A DNA stretch of 64,000 nucleotides. Origin: Macrostomum lignano (taxonomy: Eukaryota). The notes beneath the pieces are model-generated. The model was given only the letters and a program-made list of their open reading frames with translations. It did not search any database and was not told the DNA's origin. The translations under genes were made by a program, and so were the position numbers. Position 1 is the first letter of the stretch. Every line of letters begins with the position of its first letter. Below, piece by piece: positions 12,601 through 25,830 of the stretch. The DNA is taken from the NCBI GenBank assembly GCA_002269645.1, contig NIVC01000353.1, forward strand, positions 186,001 to 250,000. Reading direction: 5' to 3'.

Positions 12601-15600
12601 GGAAAATGATTGTAGCGAAATAGATGTTATAACAGATTGTATTAAATTAGATAGTTATCAAAACTGGATAAGACAGTCATCAGGGACCAGATTAGACAGT
12701 CATTTGAGATCAAATTAGACAGGTATTAGAGATCAGATTAGACAGTCATTTGAGATCAAATTAGACAGGTATTAGAGATCAGATTAGACAGTCATTTGAG
12801 ATCAAATTAGACAGGTATTAAGATCAGATTAGACAGTCATTTGAGATCAAATTAGACAGGTATTAAGATCAGATTAGACAGTCATTAAAAATCTGATTAG
12901 ACAGTTATTAGAGATCAGATTAGACAGTCATTTGAGATCAGATTAGACAGTCATTTGAGATCAGATTAGACAGTCATTTGAGATCAAATTAGACAGGTAT
13001 TAAGATCAGATTAGACAGTCATTTGAGATCAAATTAGACAGGTATTAAGATCAGATTAGACAGTCATTAAAAATCTGATTAGACAGTTATTAGAGATCAG
13101 ATTAGACAGTCATTAAAAATCTGATTAGACAGTTATTAGAGATCAGATTAGACAGTCATTTGAGATCAGATTAGACAGTCATTTGAGATCAGATTAGACA
13201 GTCATTTGAGATCAAATTATACAGGTATTAAGATCAGATTAGACAGTCATTTGAGATCAAATTAGACAGGTATTAAGATCAGATTAGACAGTCATTAAAA
13301 ATCTGATTAGACAGTTATTAGAGATCAGATTAGACAGTTATTAGAGATCAGATTAGACAGTCATTTGAGATCAAATTAGACAGGTATTAGAGATCAGATT
13401 AGACAGTCATTTGAGATCAGATTAGACAGTTATTAGAGATCAGATTAGACAGTCATTTGAAATCAAATTAGACAGGTATTAGAGATCAGATTAGACAGAT
13501 ATTAAAAATAAGATTAGACAGGTATTAATATCAGATTAGACAGTCATTAAAAATCAGATTAGACAGTTATTAGAGATCAGATTAGACAGATATTAAAAAT
13601 AAGATTAGATAGGTATTCAGATCAGATTAGACAGTCATGACCAAATTATACAGCTATTAAGATCAGATTAGACGTTATTAGATGTCTGATTAGACAGAAA
13701 AGAGATGACAATTAACAAAGTCAGCTAATTCTATTCTCGTCCTTCTAAGAAAGAGCAAACAGTGGCAGTCATAGAATCGCGCGGCCACCTCTTGAGCATT
13801 CTAGAATTCTAAAATATATCATATTAATTTTTTAATTATCCCTTCTAGTTGGTCGCAGTTCTTCTACGGCAACCTGAAGCGGCACCATCGAGCTAGCGCG
13901 GTGGCCTCAACGCCTTCGGACGATAATCGCCCTGGCGCGCAGGGCAACGAGTCGTCTGACGCCTCCTATTCGCCCAATTTATTGCCGGAATCAATTTCGG
14001 GGGCGCCTGAGTCTGCTGGCGGCGGCGGCGGCGGTCGGGTCGGTGGCGGAGCCAGCAACCTGCAGCAGGATCCTGTGAGTGGCGATTTTTCGGAATGGGA
14101 ATTTTAAGGGAATAAATGGGAATTCAAATCAGTTTAGGGGATTATTGGGGATTTCAAATCAGTTTAGGGGATTAATGGAGATTCTGAATCAGAGTAGGGG
14201 ATTAATGGGGATTCTGAATCAGAGTAGGGGATTAATGGTGACTTCAAATCAGTTTAGGGGATTATTGGGGATTCTGAATCAGATTAGGATTATTGGGGAT
14301 TTCAAATCAGTTTAGGGGATTATTGGGGATTTCAAATTTAGTTTAGGGGATTATTTTGGATTTCAAATCAGTTTAGGGGATTAATGGGGATTCTAAATCA
14401 TATTAGGGGATTATTGGGGATTTCAAATCACTTTAGGGGATTATTGGGGATTTCAAATCATATTAGGGGATTATTGGGGATTTCGAATCAGTTTCCATTC
14501 TGACGATGATTTTATAATTTGAATTTCTACTCCAATTCCTCCCCCATTTCTGTTCTAAGGGCCTGTTCCGCAGCCTGAAGTCATTTATACAGCTAACAGA
14601 CGAAGACATTGGTTCAGTTGCTGGCAAAGATGCTGTGCGCTACATCAAACTGCAGCGTTACATATTCGTATTGTTGCTAGTTGTGCTAGTACTGTCCCTG
14701 TCTATCGTATTGCCGCTCAATATTCACGGAGCTTTCACTGACAAAGTGGGCGATTTCTCTCGAACTACTATTAGTAATATTAAAGGCGAATCGTTTTCGC
14801 TATGGGTTCATGGCGTGTTATCGGCTGGTTATATGCTATTGGCTGCTCTGTTCATGTGTCACTACAGTCGGCACGTGGTGTCCTACGATGCTTATAGCGT
14901 GAATCCCAACTGCCTCATGGTCAAGGGCGTGCCAGAGCGGCTGCTAGATGAAGCTGTTATTATGGGCCACTTTCGGTGAGTGCTGCTGTCTGGGTGGGGT
15001 GGGCGGGGCTAGGTTGTTAGTCACTCTGTGTGTTCTGGGTCTGTCATGTTATTCTGTCAATGTGCTGTCTAGGTGTGCTATGTCTGCGAAGTCATCGTGT
15101 GTTCTATGTCTGTAAAGGCATGTGTTCTGTGTCTGTAAAGCCATGTGTTTTATGTCTGTAAAGTCATGTGTTATATGTCTGTAAATTCATGTGTTATATG
15201 TCTGTAAATTCATGTGTTTTGTCTGTAAAGTCATGTGTTTTATGACTGTAAAGTCACGTGTTTTATGTCTGTAAAGGCGTGTTCTGTATCTGTAAAGACA
15301 TGTGTTCTGTGTCTGTAAAGTCGTGTTCTATGTCTGTAAAGGCATGTGTTCTGTGTCTGTAAAGAAATGTGTTCTGTGTCTGCAAAGTCGTGTTCTATGT
15401 CTGTAAATTCATGTGTTCTATGTCTGTAAGGTTATGTGTTCTATGTCTGTAAAGTCATGTGTTCTATGTCTGTAAAGGCATGTGTTCTGTGTCTGTAAAG
15501 CCATGTGTTTTATGTCTGTAAAGTCATGTGTTTTATGTCTGTAAAGGCATGTGTTCTGTGTCTGTAAAGTCATGTGTTTTATGTCTGTAAAGTCATGTGT

Positions 15601-18600
15601 TTTATGTCTGATTGCATGTGTTCTATGACTTTAAAGTCGTGCGTTCTCTCTTATTCCATGTGTTTCATGTCTTATTTCACGTGCTCTATGTCTTTAAAGT
15701 CAAGGGCTCTGTCTTATTTCACGTGCTCTATGTCTTTAAAGTCAAGGGCTCTATGTTTTATTTCATGTGCTCTGTGTGTGAAGTCATTTGTTTTATGTCT
15801 GATTTCATGTATTCTATGTCGATTTTCATTCTGTGCGGCCTCTGACTTTCTGACCACAAAATGCGCATTATAAAGCCATTATCTTATACATTCTGTGAGG
15901 CTCTCTGTTCTGTCAGTGATGTACCAAACTCAACTGAGAAAGGTAGCACTATTATCTATGTCAGAATTATTTATATCATATTGTTTATTGTTTCAATAAT
16001 TTTTACAGCGAAGCCTATCCTAACGTACTGGTTGAGAAGGTCAACTTTGTTTATGATACGGCTAAACTGCAGAAACTGCACGATGAAAGGTAAAAAAAGA
16101 GATTTTTTACTACAATTACTAATACTACTAGTAGTAGATAGAAATACGAGAAAATCGTAATAACCTAAGTAAAACATTCGGAAAAATGTTAGAATCACGC
16201 ATTTTATAAAAAATAAACAATTTTTTGTCTAATCCAGCATATTCATATCTGCCGTGCTGCAACTCTGCCGAGAAGAAGCCGAAGCTGCAGCGGACGCAGC
16301 GGCAGCCACCGGTGCAGCCTCCTCATCCACCACTCCGATAGCTGAACCGCCGCAGGTGTCCGTAACTAAGTGCCGTTGCACCTGGCTGTGCGGCGGCTGC
16401 TGCTGCGGCACCGAGGATGCCGTCACTTACTACGCTGATAGATTGGAGAATATCAGCAAGAGACTGACGCATGAGGCTGAGGTGAGTGCTAGCGGTAGTA
16501 GTAGTAGTATCTGTAGTAATAGTAGTATTTGTAGTAGTAGCAGTAGTAATAGTAGTAGTAGCAGTAGTAGTATCTGTAGTTATAGTAGTATTAGTAGTAG
16601 TAGCAGTAGTAATAGTAGTAGTAGTAGTAGCGGTGGTAGTAGTAGTTGTAGTAGTAGTAGCAGTAGTAGCAGTAGTAATAGTAGTAGCAGTAGTAGTAGT
16701 AGCGGTAGTAACGTAATAGTAGTAGTAGTAGTAGTAGTGGTAGTAGCAAGTTGGATCTAAATCAGTTTTATCTGTATTAGTATAGGTATTAATAGTAGTA
16801 GTAATCGTAGTACATAAAGCTATTAATACTAATTATTACTAACTAAACCGACTTGCCAACCGCAGGTCTCGAAGAGCCGCAAACTGCCATTCATATTCGT
16901 TGAATTTGCCACGCCAACCGATGCCAGTCACGTGCTGTCGGATTACCAACGTGCCCAGGGCCACCTGTGCGGCCTGCTGCCATTCAATAGGCGTGGCCCG
17001 GCACGCAGCGTCCACTCCGAGGTGTTGCAGACCGACTCGTGGACGGTGGGTTTGATCGATTGTTGCCCTGGCCTAGCTACTAGCTAGGATGGACCTACCT
17101 GTCCCATCACTGATAACCTACCCATCTATCAATGATAACCTACTTGTCCATCAACGATAACCTTCGGTAGGTTACTGTCCATCACTGTCCATCATCCATC
17201 ACTGTCCACCTGTCCATCACTGATAACCTACCCATCTATCACTGATAACCTTACCCATCTATCAATGATAACCTACCTGTCCATCAGTGATAACCTATCC
17301 ATCTATCAATGATAACCTACCCATCTATCAACGATAACCTACCTGTCCAGCAATGATAACCTACCTGTCCATCACTGATAGCCTACCCATCTATCAATGA
17401 TAACCTACCTGTCCATCACTGATAACCTACCCAGCTATCAATGATAACCTACCTGTCCATCACTGATAACCTACCCATCTATCAATGATAACCTACCTGT
17501 CCATCACTGATAACCTACCCATCTATCAATGATAACCTACCTGCCCATCAGTGATAACCTACCCATCTATCAATGATAACCTACCCATCTATCAACGATA
17601 ACCTACCTGTCCAGCAATGATAACCTACCTGTCCATCACTGATAGCCTACCCATCTATCAATGATAACCTACCTGTCCATCACTGATAGCCTACCCATCT
17701 ATCAATGATAACCTACCTGTCCATCACTGATAGCCTACCCATCTATCAATGATAACCTACCTGTCCATCACTGATAACCTACCCATCTATCAATGATAAC
17801 CTACCTGTCCATCACTGATAACCTACCCATCTATCAATGATAACCTACCTGTCCATCACTGATAACCTACCCATCTATCAATGATAACCTACCTGTCCAT
17901 CACTGATAACCTACCCATCTATCAATGATAACCTACCCATCTATCAATGATAACCTACCTGTCCATCACTGATAACCTACCCATCTATCAATGATAACCT
18001 ACCTGTCCATCAACGATAACCTACCTGTCCATCAATGATAACCTACCTGTCCATCGCTGATAACCTACCCATCTATCAATGATAACCTACCTGTCCATCA
18101 ATAACCTACCTGTCCATCAGTGATAACCGACCTGTCTATCAGCGACAATCTACCCATCTATCAATGATAACCTACCTGCCCATCAATAATAACCTACCTG
18201 TCCATCAATGATAACCTACCTGTCCATCAATGATAACCTATCCGTCTATCAATGATAACCTACCTGTCCATTATTGGTAACCTACCTGTCCATCAATAAT
18301 CACTGTCTGTCAATTTTTACAATCCAAATGTTTAACAAGCTAAAGGACCCTGGTTCGATTCCGTGCTCACGTGACCACATTAATTTGCTTTTCCATGGGG
18401 AGGACCAATCCCCAACCCCAAAGGCAGAACTGCCTAACTAACAACCCTTTTTGGCACCCCAATTTTAAGGTTGAATTCGCGCCCTACCCTGAGGATCTGA
18501 ACTGGCACAATCTGAGCCATGCGGCCAGCCTGGTGTGGTATCTGCGAGCCGCCATGATCAATACTGGCCTAGTGCTGTTGCTGTTCTTCTTCACTACGCC

Positions 18601-21600
18601 GGTTTATTTCATGACTATGCTCAAGCTGAATCGGATTAATGATGCCGTGAGTTAAAATGGGAAAATATCAATTGCAATTAGATTAGTGAGCAATAGCCAG
18701 TACTTGCGCGTGTGTGCAAAATGTCTGTCTGTGTACTTGCGCGCTTGTGCAAAATGTGTCTGTGTACTTGCGGGCTTGTGCAAAATGTGTCTGTGTACTT
18801 GCGCGCTTGTGCAAAATGTGTCTGTGTACTTGCGCGCTTGTGCAAAATGTGTCTGTGTACTTGCGGGCTTGTGCAAAATGTGTCTGTGTACTTGCGCGCT
18901 TGTGCAAAATGTCTGTCTATGTACTTACGCGCGTGTGCAAAATGTCTGTCTGTGTAGTGTACTTGCGCGCTTGTGTAAATGTCTGGCTGTGTACTTGCGC
19001 GCTTGTGTAATTGTCTGTCTGTGTACTTGCGCGCTTGTGTAATTGTCTGTCTGTGTACTTGCGCGCTTGTGTAAATGTCTGGCTGTGTACTTGCGCGCTT
19101 GTGTACTTGCGCGCTTTGTGCAAATGTCTGCTTGTTTAGTAACAGACAATTTTACAAAATATTCTAGTATAATTGTTATTATTCATATTTGAAAACACAA
19201 TTTCAGTTCCAACGCAACGTAGCCACCCAGTTTCTGCCAACCCTGTTTCTGTGGTTCTTCTCAGCCATACTGCCGCTAATAGTGTACTATTCAGACCTAT
19301 TTATTCAGCACTGGACAAAGTCCACTGAGCACTATGCTATTATGATCAAGTGCACTCTGTTCCAACTGCTCATGGTGCTCATTCTGCCCAGTTTCGGCCT
19401 GTCCCGAGCGGACGAATTCTTTAAATGGATATTCAGTTTGAATTCGAACGATTCTGCGTTCCGATTGCGCTGGCACTGTGTGTTTGTCTCCGAGAATGCG
19501 TCATTCTTTGTTAATTACGTCATCACTACGGCAATGATAGGGTGTTGCGCAGATCTGTTACGCTTCTCCGAGCTTATTAACTACGCTTTTCATTGGTTCA
19601 GCGCTAGATCGAGTGCTGAAGCGAAGCTGGCTTATAAGAAAGTTCAATGGGAGAATCAGTACGGCTTCAACCTGTCCTGGATGCTTTGCATATTTGGCAT
19701 TGTAATGACCTACGCTAATGTGGCTCCGCTAATACTCGTGTTCGGTGAGTAACGGAAAGGTAGCGGCAACATAGAGGGTAGAAAGCGGATTAACAGTGGG
19801 TAGGGAGCGAATTAACAGGCGGTATGGAGCGGATTAACAGAGGGTAGGAAGCGGATTAGCTTTGGATAGGGAGCGGATTAACAGGGGGTAGGGAGTGATT
19901 ATCAGTGGGTAGGGAGCGGATTAGCTTTGGATACGTAACGGATTAACAGGGGGTAGGGAGCGGATTATCAGTGGGTAGGGAGTGGATTAACAGGGGGTAG
20001 GTAGCGGATTAACAGGGGGTAGGGAGTGGATTATCAGTGGATAGGGAGCGGATTAACAGGGGGTAGGGAGCGGATTAGCTTTGGATACGTAACGGATTAA
20101 CAGGGGGGTAGGGAGCGGATTATCAGTGGGTAGGGAGTGGATTAACAGGGGGTAGGGAGCGGATTAGCTTTGGATAGGGAGCGGATTAACAGGGGGTAGG
20201 GAGCGGATTAACAGGGGGTAGGGAGTGGATTATCAGTTGATAGGGAGCGGATTAACAGGGGGTAGGGAGCGGATTAGCTTTGGATACGTAACGGATTAAC
20301 AGGGGGGTAGGGAGTGGATTAACAGGGGGTAGGGAGCGGATTAGCTTTGGATACGTAACGGATTAACAGGGGGGTAGGGAGCGGATAGAACTGGGTAGGG
20401 AGCGGATAGAACTGGGGAGGGAGCGGATAAAGCTGGGGAGGTAGGGGATGAATCTTAAGGAGAACAGATGAATAAAGTATTTATTGAACCGCTGTAATCT
20501 GAGAGCAGGGAGATGAATATGGTTAGTATTTGAATAAGAATTATCTCTGTCGCAATGAACTAAACGGAGTCTATCTCCATGTCAATCCCAGGTATCCTGT
20601 ACATGATCATGAAAATGATAGTAGACCGCTACAATATTCACTACGTCTATTTGCCATCGATAATGGACCGCGACGTGCACAGGCTGTCCCAGTCTCTTGT
20701 ACTGGTCTGCGTATTCCTTGGCGAAATATTTATTTTGGGTTTCTTTCTAATTCGAATTCCTGGGATGTCCGACGCGCGCACAGTGTTCATGTTTGTGGCG
20801 GTTATTATCAGTTTGGCTTACATTTTCGGCAGGCTGATGGTGCACATGCTTAGGAAGGCTGGCTGCTTTGGAGAACAGGTGAGTGGGGGGCTTTCCATTG
20901 ATGTTTTTTCGTGGCATCGTTACTCTAGGATTGAGATGAGTGGTTGCTATGGTAACCAGAACCTAGGTTTGTGGTTGCTATGGTAACTAGAATCTAGCGG
21001 TATGTGTTTGCTGTGTTAAATGGAATCTAGAGGTTTGTGTGGTTGTTATGGGAACTAGAGTATAGAGGTTTGTGGTTGCTATGGTAACTAGAATATAGAG
21101 GTTTATTGTTGCTATGGTAACTAGAATATAGAGGTTTATTGTTGCTATGCTATGGTGACTATAATATAGAGGTTTATTGTTGCTATGGTGACTAGAATAT
21201 AGAGGTTTATTGTTGCTATGCTATGGTGACTATAATATAGAGGTTTATTGTTGCTATGGTGACTAGAATATAGAGGTTTATTGTTGCTATGGTAGCTAGA
21301 ATATAGAGCTTTATTGTTTCTATGGTAACTAGAATTTCGAGGTTTATTGTTGCTATGGTAACTAGAATATAGAGGTTTATTGTTGCTATGCTATGGTGAC
21401 TATAATATAGAGGTTTATTGTTGCTATGGTAACTAGAATATAGAGGTTTATTGTTGCTATGGTGACTAGAATATAGAGGTTTATTGTTGCTATGGTAACT
21501 AGAATATAGAGCTTTATTGTTGCTATGCTATGGTGACTATAATATAGAGGTTTATTGTTGCTATGGTAACTAGAATATAGAGGTTTATTGTTGCTATGGT

Positions 21601-22051
21601 GACTAGAATATAGAGGTTTATTGTTGCTATGGTGACTAGAATATAGAGCTTTATTGTTTCTATGGTAACTAGAATTTAGAGGTTTATTGTTGCTATGGGA
21701 ACTAGAGTGTAGGAATGTTTGGTAACTATGGCAAATAGAATCTAGATACGCGTGGTTGCTATAGTAACTAGAACCTAGAGATGCGTGGTTGATATGGCAA
21801 TTAGAATTGAAAGATGTCTAGTTGCTTTGGTAACTAGGATCTAGAAATGTTTGGTTGCTATGGAAACTACAAGATAAAGATGCGCGGTTACTAATGCCAT
21901 CAAACAGCCTATCAATCCCACTTCCCCAAATTTCAACCAGAGCTTCGATCTGGGCTGCTTAGAGAACTGCGACAAAACGCCTTACCTACCGAAAGTGCTG
22001 CTGAGACCGCCTGGTGGCAGCAGGAGTTCGGGACTTCCCGCCGAGCATTAA
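9614..22051 (+). CDS. TMEM63: TMEM63/OSCA (CSC1-like) mechanosensitive cation channel, 11 coding exons, about 817 aa
   Basis: Exons 9614-9724, 9820-9902, 13849-14074, 14560-14975, 16009-16089, 16238-16481, 16866-17045, 18470-18646, 19207-19744, 20592-20878, 21941-22051 total 2454 nt with all phases matching. Family motifs: YEGIPQNLLLN, RKVAW, GKDAVRYIKLQRY, HFREAYPN, FAPYPEDLNWHNLS, FFFTTP, TQFLPTL, MKMIVDRYNIHYVYLP, PYLPKVL. Confidence 0.95.
10045..11515 (+). repeat. 28-bp minisatellite (CCAGCCTCCCAGATCCCCAGTTGCTGGG) in TMEM63 intron 2 with a 727-bp higher-order duplication
   Basis: Direct reading. Identical ORF-track peptides recur at an offset of 727 (10191/10918, 10387/11114, 10611/11338). 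Confidence 0.97.
12690..13690 (+). repeat. ~23-bp minisatellite (ATTAGACAGTCATTTGAGATCAG) in TMEM63 intron 2
   Basis: Direct reading of tandem units with alternating variants. Confidence 0.95.
14085..14490 (+). repeat. 30-bp minisatellite (GGGATTTCAAATCAGTTTAGGGGATTATTG) in TMEM63 intron 3
   Basis: Direct reading. Confidence 0.95.
15060..15800 (+). repeat. ~23-bp minisatellite (ATGTGTTCTATGTCTGTAAAGTC) in TMEM63 intron 4
   Basis: Direct reading; degenerate at both edges. Confidence 0.9.
16492..16745. repeat. (AGT)n microsatellite in TMEM63 intron 6
   Basis: Direct reading; begins just after the 16482 donor. Confidence 0.95.
17090..18300 (+). repeat. ~22-bp minisatellite (TGATAACCTACCTGTCCATCAC / TGATAACCTACCCATCTATCAA) in TMEM63 intron 7
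   Basis: Direct reading; two alternating variants. Confidence 0.95.
18700..19130 (+). repeat. 31-bp minisatellite (GTGTACTTGCGCGCTTGTGCAAAATGTGTCT) in TMEM63 intron 8
   Basis: Unit starts at 18731, 18762, 18793 and 18824. Confidence 0.95.
19780..20440 (+). repeat. G-rich ~22-bp minisatellite (GGGAGCGGATTAACAGGGGGTA) in TMEM63 intron 9
   Basis: Direct reading. Confidence 0.95.
21040..21700 (+). repeat. 33-bp minisatellite (TTGTTGCTATGGTAACTAGAATATAGAGGTTTA) in TMEM63 intron 10
   Basis: Direct reading. Confidence 0.95.
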
Positions 22052-22559
22052 TTAGTCTTGGCTTGGGCGTCAATTTGTCATTTTTTAAATCGAACTTCGG
22101 TTTCTTTCGTTTCTTACGACTTTTAAGCTTTATAATCTGCTTACGTCAGGGATGTGGATCGTATATTTTGAATTTGGATCTTTCACAAAAATTCAAGCTA
22201 CGAAGTATTCATTCTCTGTTGTATGTGTGTGTGTGTCATTTATCTGTTGTGATCGTTTTTCTATTTTAAGATTTCATTTATTGATTTATGTTAATTTGTT
22301 TACTACGCTCTAATTGCAAAGGTGAAAGATTTTCTTTCTGTTATATTCTACTTGATTTATAGACCACACTTGTTAAGATCTAACTAAAGATATTGACCTC
22401 ATTCATTGCAGGATGTACAGTCTATAATAGTCGTGTAGTCTTTGTAGATATGCTTCTTTGTCTTCTGTATGTTTTATTTATATAATAAGTGCATGATGAC
22501 TCGTGTATCTTGCTGGCTGAATTTGCGTATTTAAATTTATGCTTGTACATGTATAGACA

Positions 22560-23335
22560 GGACCCTTCCAACAGGTGATATGACCCTTTCAACAGGTGAT
22601 ATGACCCTTTCAACAGGTGATATGACCCTTCCAACAGGTGATATAACCCTTCCAACAGGTGATATGACCCTTTCAACAGGTGATATGACCCTTCCAACAG
22701 GTGATATGACCCTTCCAACAGGCGATATGACCCTTTTAACAGGTGATATGACCCTTCCAACAGGTGATATAACCCTTCCAACAGGTGATATGACCCTTCC
22801 AACAGGTGACATGACCCTTCCAACAGGTGATATGACCCTTCCAACAGGTGATATGACCCTTTCAACAAGCGATATGACCCTTCCAACAGGCGATATGACC
22901 CTTTCAACAAGCGATATGACCCTTCCAACAGGCGATATGACCCTTTCAACAAGCGATATGACCCTTCCAACAGGTGACATGACCCTTCCAACAGGTGATA
23001 TGACCCTTCCAACAGGTGATATGACCCTTCCAACAGGCGATATGACCCTTTTAACAGGTGATATGACCCTTCCAACAGGTGATATAACCCTTCCAACAGG
23101 TGATATGACCCTTCCAACAGGTGACATGACCCTTCCAACAGGTGATATGACCCTTCCAACAGGTGATATGACCCTTTCAACAAGCGATATGACCCTTCCA
23201 ACAGGCGATATGACCCTTTCAACAAGCGATATGACCCTTCCAACAGGCGATATGACCCTTTCAACAAGCGATATGACCCTTCCAACAGGCGATATGACCC
23301 TTTCAACAAGCGATGTGACCCTTCCAACAGGCCAT
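22560..23335. repeat. 21-bp minisatellite (ATATGACCCTTCCAACAGGTG) with a 315-bp higher-order repeat
   Basis: The variant unit CCCTTTTAAC recurs at 22731 and 23046. Confidence 0.97.
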
Positions 23336-24044
23336 ATCCCATATTCCAATAGATAGCATTTCTTTTAATAATTTTACATTAAAATGGCTTACCTGTTGCC
23401 TGGTACATGTACTTTATAATGCATAGCATACAGTATGGTGTGAATACGCGTTACTAAATTTAGATCAGAATTGGCCATAAAAAATGAATTTTTCTTATTA
23501 ATTGAAATGGCCCTTATAATGGTTATTAATCTTTTATTGGTAACTGCAACAATGAATATAATTTTTTATGCCTTATTTCATAGCTTTTCTAACTACATTT
23601 GCTAACAGGCAGTCATTTTCCTGTGTTCCTGTGCTTATATATACTAAAAGCGGTTTTCCTTGGGCCATAATTTTTGTCACTTATTATTTTTTGCTTTGTT
23701 AGTTTTTGTGTCTTATCAAGCCAATTATTATGTAACCATCTTCCTAATTATTGTGTTTTAACCACTTTTTTCTCACTACTCAAGTCGCTGTCAAAGACGA
23801 ACAAAGACGCAATTATAAGTGAATATAATAATTATTCATTGAAAACTATTTTTCTGTGGCTTATATTGGTGCAAGTACTCGACTAGCTGTTGTGTAATCT
23901 GGTGGCTCGCTAGAACGATTATACTGACAATAGAGACTTTCGGCTGCGGTACAGCACCGTGTCCTACTGGCTTTTCAATTGTAGACTCAAGTTTTCTGTC
24001 ATCTGTGTTCTTGGATTTATTATTTTTTCCTTTATTCTGGTGTT

Positions 24045-25170
24045 AGACTGACGTCCCAGTCTGTAATTGGAGGCTGACACCCCAGTCTAATTGGAGGCTG
24101 ACACCCCAGTCTGTAATTAGAAGCTGACTGCCCAGTCTGTAATTGGAGGCTGAATCTCCAATCTGTAATTAGAGGCTGACACCCCAGTCTGTAATTAGAG
24201 GCTGACACCCCAGTCTGTAATTGTAGGCTGACACCCCAGTCTGTAATTGTAGGCTGACACCCCAGTCTGTAATTGGAGGCTGACACCCCAGTCTGTAATT
24301 GGAGGCTGAATCTCCAATCTGTAATTAGAGGCTGACACCCCAGTCTGTAATTAGAGGCTGACACCCCAGTCTGTAATTGGAGGCTGACACCCCAGTCTGT
24401 AATTGGAGGCTGACACCCCAGTCTGTAATTGGAGGCTGAATCTCCAATCTGTAATTAGAGGCTGACACCCCAGTCTGTAATTAGAGGCTGACACCCCAGT
24501 CTGTAATTGGAGGCTGAATCTCCAATCTGTAATTAGAGGCTGACACCCCAGTCTGTAATTAGAGGCTGACACCCCAGTCTGTAATTGATGGCTGACACCC
24601 CAGTCTGTAATTGGAGGCTGACACCCCAGTCTGTAATTGGAGGCTGAATCTCCAATCTGTAATTAGAGGCTGACACCCCAGTCTGTAATTAGAGGCTGAC
24701 ACCCCAGTCTGTAATTGTAGGCTGACACCCCAGTCTGTAATTGTAGGCTGACACCCCAGTCTGTAATTGGAGGCTGACACCCCAGTCTGTAATTGGAGGC
24801 TGAATCTCCAATCTGTAATTAGAGGCTGACACCCCAGTCTGTAATTGGAGGCTGAATCTCCAATCTGTAATTAGAGGCTGACACCCCAGTCTGTAATTGT
24901 AGGCTGACACCCCAGTCTGTAATTGTAGGCTGACACCCCAGTCTGTAATTGATGGCTGACACCCCAGTCTGTAATTAGAGGCTGACACCCCAGTCTGTAA
25001 TTAGAGGCTGACACCCCAGTCTGTAATTGATGGCTGACACCCCAGTCTGTAATTGATGGCTGACACCCCAGTCTGTAATTGATGGCTGACACCCCAGTCT
25101 GTAATTGATGGCTGACACCCCAGTCTGTAATTGATGGCTGACACCCCAGTCTGTAATTGATGGCTGACAC
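24045..25170. repeat. 26-bp minisatellite (CTGACACCCCAGTCTGTAATTGGAGG)
   Basis: Direct reading. Confidence 0.97.
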
Positions 25171-25830
25171 TCTAATTCTTTTTTCAAAGAAGACGATTTC
25201 TGCCAAGAAAGCCATAATAAATATTTATAAAAAATCCGACTTTAGAAATCTAGATCTGGCGTTTAAAATATTATCCGTTTTGCAACTATATATTTCAAGA
25301 AAACGTAAAAATCGCTTGTTATAAAAAGAAGTTTCCATTGCTTTTGTCGGTGAAGTTGATAATTTAGCCGGTAAGCCAATGTGAAGAATCCGCATTTTCT
25401 GCAGCAGCAGTTACTGCCATAAACAGAAAACATGATCAACTTCGCAGGCACAAGCAGCAGCTACTCCTAGTAACTACAATTTATATACAGTTAAATAAAC
25501 AGCCTCAAGTAAATTTAATTGGGAGCGTTTTGGCGGTAGTCTCTAACAATTTGAATTATTTTAGGGTAACTAACTTGTATTAACAGGTACATGTAATAGT
25601 ACACACGGAGTCAATTAAAAAGGACGATATGCTCTTTGAAATTGTCTAAACTGTACTATATAGATCAATCCGAAGCACTTACATTTTGAACACTTACAGT
25701 ATTCGTAAACCCTATTCTCTACTGATTTTTTGTGACGAATGCAGGCGCGATATTTTAAAGTACAGCGCAGTCTATACTACTTTCGATTGGCTGGAAATGT
25801 GACATGCAGGTCTAAGCAATAAAACACTCT

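Noticed and set aside
12690-13690. Regularly spaced repeats resembling a CRISPR array
   Set aside because: Units are directly adjacent with no unique spacers, there are no cas genes and the context is a eukaryotic intron.
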